64,000 bases of DNA from Candidatus Moraniibacteriota bacterium (GTDB lineage Bacteria > Patescibacteriota > Minisyncoccia > Moranbacterales > GCA-2747515). Within the stretch, counting starts at the first letter, position 1; each line of letters starts with the position of its first letter. The notes below the pieces were generated by a model. That model was not told where the DNA came from. It saw only the letters and a program-made list of their open reading frames with translations, and did not search any database. A program made the translations under genes and the position numbers. Positions 1 through 8,947 of this stretch are shown piece by piece. The DNA lies in contig CP065011.1 of assembly GCA_016699795.1 (NCBI GenBank), forward strand, positions 290,474 to 354,473. The letters run 5' to 3'.

Positions 1-1982
1 GGGTAGCATCAGTAAGGAAGTTTGTTGTTCTTGAGGTTATGATATTTTGAAGCGTATAGGTAGTAGCGTCATCACTTCTATAGAGTTTGTAGTTTCCGAA
101 TCCTGTTGGAGGTTCTTCTATTGTTTTGAATCCTACGAAGGCTCGGTATTCTGGAGGGGTAAGAAGCATATTACTCGTATCTTGAGAAATGACTCGTGTA
201 GGAGTTTCTGGAGTAGTTGTGTGTATGGTTTGTGTTTCATTCCCGTATTGATCTTTGAAGCGAGTATAGACAATGTCGGGATCAGTTTCGAGTTTTATTG
301 TTACCGTTGCATTAAAAGGTTCCCAAGGAGAGTTGGTAAGGTTTTCGTCAAGAGAAATCTTCATCTGTGTTGGAGAGTCATCACTGACTCCAAGAGTAAG
401 AACAGATGTGGTGGAGGGAATGGTGAGGTCTTGAGTGGAAGCATCAACAAGGAGGGAGGGATTGGTGGGAGTTTTTGTATCGAGGGTAAAGGTATTTGAT
501 TCAGCTCGTGCGATATTATTCGCTCCTTCATTGTCACTTACGGTTACACGGATTTTTGCATTGGTAAGATAGAAAGATTCACTTACGAGAGAAGGAGTCC
601 AGGTAGCACTGTGTGTTGTGTACGTATCTTGATTCACTGTTTTGTTTTGTATATCTTCGGGAGCTAGAGTATTGGAAGCGATATTGATCCAACTACTTCC
701 ATTGTAGTATTCAAAGCTCGGAGTAACTATTCCTGGAGTATTGGTTCCGGTATTGGTATCTTCATCTTTTGTTTCGTACGTGATAGTTACTGTTTTATCA
801 GTATTGGGAGTAGTGGTTACATTTTGAATCATAGGGAAAGCATTCACAACATAGCCTACTTTTACATCATCGACTTGAGGTTGAGAAAGAAGGTCAGGAG
901 AAGAAAGATCTACTTTGTATTGAAAGAAGCGATCTTCAAAGATATCTTTCATATCTTGAGGGATAGCACTGGCTGTGCAACTTACCGTTGTATTGTTTTT
1001 TGTACAATGTGTAGTAAGAGAAGAGGGAGTAGATTGTGCTATTTGTATCCAGGGGGAAGAAGAAAGATTTCCTTTCGTTCCTGCAGTTTTGAGAGAAAGA
1101 GTTACTGAAGAACCTGTTGGGAGTATTTCATTTTCTTTCCATTCTATTGTTCCCATGACATTAGCATCACTACTGGAATCAAATGCTGAAGAGATAAGAG
1201 AACCAGCAAGGTATCCAGATTTAAGTGAACCTGCGCTTCCATCAGTTGCAGGTGCGGTAGCTCCTTTTGTTCCTCCGAGTGTTTGAATCGTTTGATTGGT
1301 AAATGTTTTGTTTTCATAGGCATAGGCGATTCTTCCTCCTCCCCCTCCTCCTCCACCACCTTGTCCCGCCCCACCATTGGCTTGAAGCTTTCCACCGTTT
1401 ATGGTGAAGTTTTTTGCATAGAGTATGTTTATAGATCCTCCTGATCCTCCTCCACCATTGGTGAGTCCAGCGCTACCGTTACTGGATATGGTTCCATAGA
1501 GGTTGAGATTGTTATTCGTTCTGATTCGTATATCTCCTCCTCCTGTTCCTCCTGTAGACTTTCCTCCTCCACTTCCAAGATCTTCGGGAACAAAGTCATT
1601 TCCATAGGTGTTAGGGGAAGTTGCTCCATCACTACTATTTCCTCCTCTTCCTCCATATGTTCCTCCTGATCCATATCCAAGAGAGCCTGTTGTTCCTGCT
1701 CCTGTTCCAAGAGTAGGAGTGTAACCTTTCGTGTTGGTGTTTATGGATGCTCCTGTACCACTTACTCCATGAATAGTGAGATTGGTAGAAATGAGAGTTC
1801 CTGTTCCATTGGCTACTATGTGTGAGGTGTCAGTAGAAGAGTTAAGAGTTCCTATGGTTATGTCTCCTGTAGTGTTAAGAGTGGTTCCTGTAGGAATGGC
1901 AAGAAGTCCTTTGTTTTTTACAATGATGTTTCCGAGAGAGAGGGAGTTGTTGGTGAAGTTGTCTTGGGGGATGAGGGTTTGG
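1..1982. repeat. Copy A of a 1982-bp perfect duplicate (partner 41486-43467)
   Basis: Track ORFs 47-499, 824-1108, 975-1286, 1144-1395 and 1429-1710 are amino-acid identical in several frames to ORFs at a +41485 offset. Nucleotide spot checks at both ends agree. Identity breaks at position 1983 (a versus g at 43468). Confidence 0.85.
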
Positions 1983-3844
1983 ACGGTAGCTGTTTGATTA
2001 TTGTTGTCTATGGTGAGGGTTCCATTGTTGGAGCCTTGGGAGGCTGTTTCGGTGTAGATGGTGCCGGCTGCTCCAAAGTTACCTTCATTTCCCCCATATG
2101 TTTGCATCGTAACCGATCCAAAGTCATTTCCTGATGTAAGCTTTACAGCGATTCGACCACCTCCACCACCATTTCTTCCGTTCGCTCTTATACTACCAGA
2201 GCCCAAAAAATATTGTGTAATTATAGAAACTGACCCACCAGATCCTCCCCGCGCTCCATCAATACCAATACTATTTGAGGTAATTAAGCCATCTACCATT
2301 ATTAATCCAGAAACTACTAATTTTATAGCACCAGCTCCTGCCACATGACTCATTCCTCCTCCACTCCCATTATTAATCGGATCTGTAAAAGAGCCATAAG
2401 TTGGGCCTAAGGATGAACCAGATCCTCCATACGAACCTTGTAATCCAGCATTTCCCGGACCACCTCCAGCATATCCCTTCCCATCCACATTAATCTGTCC
2501 TCCTGTTTGAACATCGAGATTCCCATTAATAGTAAGATCCATTTTGTAGAGTTCCGTGCTTCCATTAGCACTATGTGTCATATATCCACCGGATTTCACC
2601 GTAATATTTCCATTGAGTGTATGAGGGAGATCTGCAATAAGAGCCCAGTTTTCAATATTAAGAGATCCTTGAGGAAGATCAAAGGTTCCTCCTCGAAGAG
2701 CGATACCACTGTCTATTGCAGAAGTACCTGAAAGTCCTGTTACAGAATCGGGATTATCAAGAATAAGTGCGGTTCCTATTGGGACACTTATTTTTCCTTT
2801 GTTTTTTAGAACTAGATTTTTAATGGTCCATGTTTGGGTGGAAGGAATAGCGGTGAAGACTGAGGAAATAACATTATTATTATCAATCGTTACCGTTCCA
2901 TTTCCCGCTCCTTGAGAGGCTGTTTCGGTGTAGATGGTGCCGGCTGCTCCAAAGTTACCTTCATTTCCCCCATATGTTTGCATCGTAACCGATCCAAAGT
3001 CATTTCCTGATGTAAGCTTTACAGCGATTCGACCACCTCCACCACCATTTCTTCCGTTCGCTCTTATACTACCAGAGCCCAAAAAATATTGTGTAATTAT
3101 AGAAACTGACCCACCAGATCCTCCCCGCGCTCCATCAATAGCAATACTATTTGATGTAATTAAACCATTTAACGTTACCGATCCAGAAACTATTAATTTA
3201 ACAGCACCAGCCCCTGATATAATACTCATTCCACCACCACTACCAATATTAACAGGGTCTACAAAAGAGCCATAAGTTGGGCCTGAGGATGAACCGGATC
3301 CTCCATATGAACCCTGATATCCAACATTTCCCGGACCACCTCCAGCATATCCCTTCCCATCAACATTAATCTGTCCTCCAGTTTGAACATCGAGATTCCC
3401 TCCGATATCCATAAAGAGTCTATGCGTTTCTGCTGTTGTGTTTGCTGTGTGGGTAAAATAACCATTGTTGAGAATTGTAACATTTCCGGTAACTACAAGT
3501 TTTCTATTGGTATCATCGAGTCTATATCCATTACTCATCGTAAGGGTTGATTGAGATGCTCCTCCTCCAAGAGTAAGAGATTGTATAGTAATGGGTCCAG
3601 AGTCTACATTAAGAAGAGGTTGATTCGTTCCTGTGTAATTGATAACGACATCATCGGTGCTGGTAGGAACGGTTCCTGTGTCCCAGTTCGTTACTGTAGT
3701 CCATGCAGTGCTGGTTGTTCCTGTCCAGGTTACAGTGGAAGCATGAGTAGGAGAAGAAAAAGAAAAAAAGAAAACACAAAGAATTCCAAAAAGAAAAGGA
3801 AGGGAAGAGTGAAAGAAAAATTCTTTTTTAAAGCCATTCTTCAC
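1..3844 (-). CDS. Giant surface protein paralog, partial: C-terminal part lies beyond the window start, N-terminus at 3844
   Basis: A continuous minus-strand reading frame is homologous to the 38907-46406 ORF. The N-terminus reads (GTG)KNGFKKEFFFHSSLPFLFGILCVFFFSFSSPTHASTVTWTGT, a signal peptide closely matching the start of the big gene. There is no in-frame ATG; a TGA stop lies 8 codons upstream of the GTG at 3842-3844. Bases 1-1982 are identical to 41486-43467. The ORF is open to the window edge, so it is absent from the ATG-to-stop ORF track. Confidence 0.6.
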   Translation of the reverse strand, partial: MKNGFKKEFFFHSSLPFLFGILCVFFFSFSSPTHASTVTWTGTTSTAWTTVTNWDTGTVPTSTDDVVINYTGTNQPLLNVDSGPITIQSLTLGGGASQSTLTMSNGYRLDDTNRKLVVTGNVTILNNGYFTHTANTTAETHRLFMDIGGNLDVQTGGQINVDGKGYAGGGPGNVGYQGSYGGSGSSSGPTYGSFVDPVNIGSGGGMSIISGAGAVKLIVSGSVTLNGLITSNSIAIDGARGGSGGSVSIITQYFLGSGSIRANGRNGGGGGRIAVKLTSGNDFGSVTMQTYGGNEGNFGAAGTIYTETASQGAGNGTVTIDNNNVISSVFTAIPSTQTWTIKNLVLKNKGKISVPIGTALILDNPDSVTGLSGTSAIDSGIALRGGTFDLPQGSLNIENWALIADLPHTLNGNITVKSGGYMTHSANGSTELYKMDLTINGNLDVQTGGQINVDGKGYAGGGPGNAGLQGSYGGSGSSLGPTYGSFTDPINNGSGGGMSHVAGAGAIKLVVSGLIMVDGLITSNSIGIDGARGGSGGSVSIITQYFLGSGSIRANGRNGGGGGRIAVKLTSGNDFGSVTMQTYGGNEGNFGAAGTIYTETASQGSNNGTLTIDNNNQTATVQTLIPQDNFTNNSLSLGNIIVKNKGLLAIPTGTTLNTTGDITIGTLNSSTDTSHIVANGTGTLISTNLTIHGVSGTGASINTNTKGYTPTLGTGAGTTGSLGYGSGGTYGGRGGNSSDGATSPNTYGNDFVPEDLGSGGGKSTGGTGGGDIRIRTNNNLNLYGTISSNGSAGLTNGGGGSGGSINILYAKNFTINGGKLQANGGAGQGGGGGGGGGRIAYAYENKTFTNQTIQTLGGTKGATAPATDGSAGSLKSGYLAGSLISSAFDSSSDANVMGTIEWKENEILPTGSSVTLSLKTAGTKGNLSSSPWIQIAQSTPSSLTTHCTKNNTTVSCTASAIPQDMKDIFEDRFFQYKVDLSSPDLLSQPQVDDVKVGYVVNAFPMIQNVTTTPNTDKTVTITYETKDEDTNTGTNTPGIVTPSFEYYNGSSWINIASNTLAPEDIQNKTVNQDTYTTHSATWTPSLVSESFYLTNAKIRVTVSDNEGANNIARAESNTFTLDTKTPTNPSLLVDASTQDLTIPSTTSVLTLGVSDDSPTQMKISLDENLTNSPWEPFNATVTIKLETDPDIVYTRFKDQYGNETQTIHTTTPETPTRVISQDTSNMLLTPPEYRAFVGFKTIEEPPTGFGNYKLYRSDDATTYTLQNIITSRTTNFLTDAT

Positions 3845-3940
3845 ATTTGTTTTTCTTCTATTTTTTATTCATACTATTTTTATAGTATCATTTTTTTTAT
3901 TTTCTGTGAAATAGTTTCTTTACAAGTCATTCCCCTCTTC

Positions 3941-4130
3941 TCTCCCTGAGGAAAAGGGAGTACCCGAGTCTTTGAGGGGGAGGGATTTGTATTGATTTCA
4001 CAAAAGAATTTCATACAAAGAAAATCCCCCTCAATCCCCCTTTTTCTAAGGGGGAGGAATTAGCTCTGGATTGCCACGACTGAGTACAGCCTCACAAAAA
4101 CGGAAGGACTCATTTGCCTCACTACGCTCA
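3941..4130 (-). promoter_or_regulatory. Conserved 5' leader/upstream element of the giant-protein gene (paralog of 46438-46575)
   Basis: Two conserved blocks are shared with the upstream region of the other giant gene: tctccctgag(g/a)aaaagggagta..gatttgta and cctcaatccccctttttt(c)taagggggag(g/t)aattagctctggattgccacgactgag(t/c)acagcctcacaaa(a/g)acgga. This copy has an extra ~32-nt insert. The blocks contain hairpins ctccc..gggag and ccccc..ggggg. Confidence 0.4.
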
Positions 4131-4221
4131 CAAAGACGGATCGAACTGAATTTCCACCTTCGCGAGAAAGAAAAAAAATAAAATGCAGAGGGAAAATCTA
4201 AAAAAAGAAAGACTCCTTTAT

Positions 4222-5337
4222 TTATTTTGACTTAAGAATATATTCGCTCAGTATCTGATAATAGGTAGAAAGAGAAGGAATATTCACCCATTCCTCATCA
4301 CTTCCAATCCCTCCCCCAATCGGACCAAATTCTATACCAGGACATCCTCTTTGCGAAAAATGTCTTGCGTCAGATGATCCCTGTGCTCCGCGAAGAATAA
4401 CCTCTTTTTTTAAAATTTTCTTGGAAATAGCTTGTAGTAATAGCAAAGAATTATTCTTTGGATCCGTATATAGAACATCTTCATCCACGAGAATTTCTAA
4501 AGAAAAATTTTTCGGCATAAGCTTCTTCAACTTCTCCAAAAAGATTTCTTTTTCTCCCAAGACAAAACGAACATCGAAAGAAACTGAACAATCATCCGGA
4601 ATTTTGTTATACGCCTTATTTGAAGTTTCAATAGAATTCAAATTAAGTGTTGTAACCCATTGTTCTTGTTTTGGAAATGTATATTCTTTCTGAATATTTG
4701 AAAGAAAATTATGCATCATCCAAATAGCATTCTTCCCTCTCCATGGATAAGCACCATGAGCCGTCTTTCCTTTAGCACTTATTTTCAATATCAAAATTCC
4801 TTTTGCTTGATGTACAATATCAAAATTTGTAGGTTCTGCTGAAAGAACGAAGTCTGTTAAAACACCTTTTTCTATCTGATATTTAGTTCCATCAAATCCC
4901 CCAACCTCTTCATCAGTCACTAATTGTAAACCAAGTGGATACGAAACACGATGTGCCATCTCTTGAAATGCTATTATAAGACAAGCGATATTCGCTTTCA
5001 TATCCATCGCTCCCGCACCATAAAGTCGATCATTTTTTATCACTGGGATGAATTGATTTTTTTTGGCAGGAATAATATCTAAATGACCATTAAGAAGAAG
5101 TGTAAATTTTTTGGGTCTTCTTTTTTTATTATAAATCAAAACACTTTTTACTCCATTTCTTTCGAAATATTCTTTATTAAAATCTTGAAAATGAGAAAGG
5201 GTAAACTGAAAAATTCTTTCTAGCTCTTTTTTATTTTCAAAAGAAGATTGAAATGTAATAAGTTTCTTCGCAAGGGAAAGTATTTTTTCGGTCATATAGT
5301 TTTTCTCATTTCTCATTCTTTTATAAAACTTCAGCAT
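4222..5337 (-). CDS. M20-family metallopeptidase (ArgE/DapE/ACY1-like deacylase)
   Basis: Motifs NGHLDIIP, GAGAMDMKANIA, LSAEPTN and GSSDA fit the M20 metal-binding and catalytic regions. The start may be the internal Met at 5295 (MTEKIL). Confidence 0.7.
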   Translation of the reverse strand: MLKFYKRMRNEKNYMTEKILSLAKKLITFQSSFENKKELERIFQFTLSHFQDFNKEYFERNGVKSVLIYNKKRRPKKFTLLLNGHLDIIPAKKNQFIPVIKNDRLYGAGAMDMKANIACLIIAFQEMAHRVSYPLGLQLVTDEEVGGFDGTKYQIEKGVLTDFVLSAEPTNFDIVHQAKGILILKISAKGKTAHGAYPWRGKNAIWMMHNFLSNIQKEYTFPKQEQWVTTLNLNSIETSNKAYNKIPDDCSVSFDVRFVLGEKEIFLEKLKKLMPKNFSLEILVDEDVLYTDPKNNSLLLLQAISKKILKKEVILRGAQGSSDARHFSQRGCPGIEFGPIGGGIGSDEEWVNIPSLSTYYQILSEYILKSK

Positions 5338-5493
5338 TCATTCTCTAAAAATTTCTTACCTTTCATCTTTTTATCTTTTGTTATATTTTCTCTGTAAAAA
5401 AGCTATTCTAAGGAGCTCATTCAAAAATAAAAAATGGACCGCATATTCCTTTTGAGAATATACGGTCTTTATCTTAGCACAGCTTATGACCTG

Positions 5494-6957
5494 CTAAGAA
5501 ATGATTTCAGCCCATACCGTATATCGACTTCCATGATTTCTTCCCTTCTGAGCTTCCACTGAATCCGTAGGAAGGAAGGCTCGAAATCCACCGATAAACA
5601 TAGGCTCTTCATCAATCATTGTCATGAAGTTTCTATCAATGTAGGCGTATTCAAACCCATCTACCTCATTAATTGTTTTGGGTATTTCCATTTCGGGTTG
5701 AATGATATACCCCCCTGGACGTCTGGAAAGATTATGACGCAATTCTCTCCGAAGTCTCCTATCCGGAAGTGCTCCAGACAAATGTCCGTAACATCCAAAT
5801 GTTCCTTTGGCAGGCTTTAATCGAAGGTTTTTCTCCCCAATTTCTACCTCGAGAGGATCTATCATGAAATCTCTCAAAAATCTCGAAAAATCTTGAGATA
5901 GCCGAAAGGAATCAAAAGGAAATTCTCTGTATTTCTTGCCCATCGCCAAGTGCGTTGTGAATTCAAAAGAATACAAATCATTTTCACTCTTGATAGGAAA
6001 TGCCATTCCCATAGGAGACATATAATCTTTCGTGTCATTGATACGATTTTCTGTCGCCATATCAGGAGCATCCACATTGAATGTGAGCGCGTGTTCTTTT
6101 ATTATCCTCCTCATTTCAGGATTAGCCAGAAGTGGATGCTCGACGAAAACATCCGGATTTTTGAGCTTTTCGATCGGATCTGATGTACGAGCATACAAAA
6201 GATACTCACATTTTCCCTTATTGGCCTTGATATACTGCTCGAATTCATAAGGGCCAAAAAACCGATCAAAACCAGAAAGTGCGAATGTTTCCACATCGGT
6301 CAAAATCGAATCCTTTTCATGACCGAATTCTAACTCTTTCATCGCATTGTATTTTTCTTGCGTTACCGCAAGGAGAGCAATCGGTTTCCCAAATCGCTTA
6401 CGAATTTTCAAAAGAGTTTGGCGAAATCCTTTTTTAAAGAAGGACTCTTCTCCTCGAGCAAAAAGATTCTCGAGCAGTTGGTACATTGCCAAACTATTTT
6501 CAATTTCAAAAATACGACGACGAAGAATTTCGCGAACATCTTCTTCAGACATTCCTTCTATTTCCTGGAAAAACTTTTTCGTAAGTCCAGACATATCTAT
6601 CTGAACTCCATAGTTGACCGGGCATCCTTTCGAAAGACAGAATCGGTAATCAGTTTCCCATTCACGATTCGCCTCTACAAGAGAGTGAAACGTTTTATTG
6701 TATTCTTGATACAGAGTACCGAGCGCTCGAATCACTACTTCGGGATAAATAATCTGATGTCCCGAAAAAGCATAGAAGGGTGCGTTAGAAGAACGAATGG
6801 TATCACATTCAGAAATGATGCCTTGCTCATAAGGAATATACATGAGAATTACCTCTTTTTTGATAATTGACAATTCAATTGATGGAAAAGAACAAAAAAA
6901 CCGATCTCTTTTGGGAGGCCGGTTTCTTTTTGGAGGTAATTTGTATACATTTTTCAA
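5494..6957 (-). CDS. Hypothetical protein, possibly an ATP-grasp-type ligase
   Basis: Long ORF whose likely true start is 6843 (MYIPYEQ). The C-terminal region KPAKGTFGCYGHLSGA...GGYIIQPEMEI...FEYAYIDRNF...GGFRAF resembles the ATP-grasp nucleotide-binding core. The family is not identified. Confidence 0.45.
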   Translation of the reverse strand: MKNVYKLPPKRNRPPKRDRFFCSFPSIELSIIKKEVILMYIPYEQGIISECDTIRSSNAPFYAFSGHQIIYPEVVIRALGTLYQEYNKTFHSLVEANREWETDYRFCLSKGCPVNYGVQIDMSGLTKKFFQEIEGMSEEDVREILRRRIFEIENSLAMYQLLENLFARGEESFFKKGFRQTLLKIRKRFGKPIALLAVTQEKYNAMKELEFGHEKDSILTDVETFALSGFDRFFGPYEFEQYIKANKGKCEYLLYARTSDPIEKLKNPDVFVEHPLLANPEMRRIIKEHALTFNVDAPDMATENRINDTKDYMSPMGMAFPIKSENDLYSFEFTTHLAMGKKYREFPFDSFRLSQDFSRFLRDFMIDPLEVEIGEKNLRLKPAKGTFGCYGHLSGALPDRRLRRELRHNLSRRPGGYIIQPEMEIPKTINEVDGFEYAYIDRNFMTMIDEEPMFIGGFRAFLPTDSVEAQKGRNHGSRYTVWAEIIS

Positions 6958-7239
6958 TTTCCTTCAAAAACAAGCCGGTCTCCCTTTATAAAGAGGACCA
7001 TAAAAATAATTCCAAAAAAATTTACTTGTTGTTCGTGATTATTCATACAACATAGAATAAAAAACAAAGGGTTTCTTGTCAAATTTTGGACTCTGTAAAA
7101 AATAATGCGGTACTTACACAATGTATGTTTTTTTCTAGAAATTCAACATCAAGACATAAGTATACTCAAAAAATCTCAATAAAATCATATATTCATTTCA
7201 ATATCAAATACAAAAAAATTATTTTCATTATAAATAATT

Positions 7240-7521
7240 TTGAGTCTCTTCAGTTCTTTATTGCACAAAATTGTTAAAAATAATATAATTAGGAACATGG
7301 AAATAATACTATTCATAATAATCATTGTTCTATTTGTTTATTTTAATAACAAAATAAACAATATTGCTATTTTATCGGATAAACAAACAAAAGTGATTGT
7401 TGAATTTCTTATTTCAAAACTTCAAGAAAAAGACATTTTTAAAAATGATGAGGTTGATCATTTGTACCAAGAGATAAACCAAAAAATTAAAGAAGAAGTT
7501 AAGGTCAATGAATATAAATAA
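7240..7521 (+). CDS. Small hypothetical membrane protein (likely start 7297, MEIILFIIIIVLF)
   Basis: An AGGA sits just upstream of the 7297 ATG and one TM helix is predicted. It lies in an AT-rich, gene-poor 1.2-kb stretch. Confidence 0.25.
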   Translation: MSLFSSLLHKIVKNNIIRNMEIILFIIIIVLFVYFNNKINNIAILSDKQTKVIVEFLISKLQEKDIFKNDEVDHLYQEINQKIKEEVKVNEYK

Positions 7522-8146
7522 ACACAAATACTTGTCATAAATCAATTTAATAAATATGCATTTATGATAACAACATCAGAAATGAGGGGAAGAGAAGAAA
7601 AAAAATCAACAGAAAATCACTTCAAAGGAATGCCCAAAGAAGAAATTTCAGAGGAAATGAGGACTATTAAACTTATTAAGGCTGAAAACCCAAATAAAGA
7701 AACTCTGGCTACATTTTCAGCTGAGTTTATTTCAGTTCTTAATAAATCGGCGTTGAAAGAAGAAAAATTGGAAGGAAAAAAAGACTAACTTTCATATCCA
7801 ATACATTACTCTTCTGGAAGTATATCTTTGTTATCTTCAACAATAGAGCTTAGCCTATCCGTCAATTCTTTTTTTGACGAATATTTTTTATTTTCTAGAA
7901 AATTTTTTCTCTTCCCTCTATCCCACCTTCTTTTTCTCTTTCTTTCAAGAAAAAACCAACCTCAATAAAAAAATTCTGAAGTAATCTCTCGTTGTTCTTC
8001 CTGTATTACTTTAATTTGTTTGTAAACTTTTTTGGGAGAAAATTTTTTTCCGTTACTACGGATTTTCCCGTTTTTTGTTCTAAGGTCTTGCGTACATCCT
8101 TGGCGATTTTTCCTCAAGAAATTCACTCTTTTTACAAAAAACATTA

Positions 8147-8668
8147 TCAATGAAAATCACATAAAAAGAATTCTCCTGAATTCATTGCTTCACATCCTCC
8201 GTAAAAATATGGCACTATAATAAATACTATTTGCAAAAGAACAAAAAAAATACAAATTCCAGCAATGATTTTTTGGGCTCGTAGATTTTTGATAGAAGAA
8301 GATACGAAATTTGTAATTATATAAAATAAAATGAGATAAAAAAAAGTTCCAAAAAACAAACCAGTAAAATTAGGGTAAGTACCACAAAAAAAAGCCTCTT
8401 TATTAATACAACGATCTGCAAGAAATTCTATACCCAATATATTTTCATCTATAAAAACAAGAGGAATTTCTATAAAAATAAAATAGAAAAAGGCAGTCGG
8501 AATCGCTCCTATTCCAAAGCCAATAAACTTAAAAATCATCATACTAGAAGGATATCCTGAAAAAAAAGCAACTCCCAAAGAAAACACGACAGGAAAAATC
8601 AAAAAAAGAAAAAGAGAGAATGTAAGTAAACTCGGCTTTATGACAAAACATTTCTTTATAAAATTCAT
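8147..8668 (-). CDS. Hypothetical polytopic membrane protein
   Basis: 173-aa ORF with 4-5 hydrophobic helices. No recognisable family. Confidence 0.45.
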   Translation of the reverse strand: MNFIKKCFVIKPSLLTFSLFLFLIFPVVFSLGVAFFSGYPSSMMIFKFIGFGIGAIPTAFFYFIFIEIPLVFIDENILGIEFLADRCINKEAFFCGTYPNFTGLFFGTFFYLILFYIITNFVSSSIKNLRAQKIIAGICIFFVLLQIVFIIVPYFYGGCEAMNSGEFFLCDFH

Positions 8669-8947
8669 AAGGCTATATATTTATTTGATTATTTTTTTCT
8701 TCATACATTTTTAAATTTCCAGATTTTTTCATTTTCTTCGTTAATCAGATGAATTAATCTCTACCCAAAACTGATATTGTCTTTTAAAAAAATTGCGATA
8801 ATCTTCCTTCTATGCCACTTTTTGAAATCTTTGCAAAATTACAAATGTCATCAATTGAAGCACCATTTCAAGATAAAAAATAAAAATAGTTTTCTTCCCC
8901 TTCTGATTTCTTGTTAGATTTTTTTGCAAAAAAAGAAGTTTTTTTCT

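Noticed and set aside
4130-4165. A T-loop-like gttcgatcc and a D-loop-like ctcagtcgtgg on the minus strand, suggesting a tRNA or tmRNA.
   Set aside because: The elements are in the wrong order for a tRNA. No complementary T stem or acceptor stem could be built, and there is no CCA or anticodon arm. I treat them as part of the conserved leader element.
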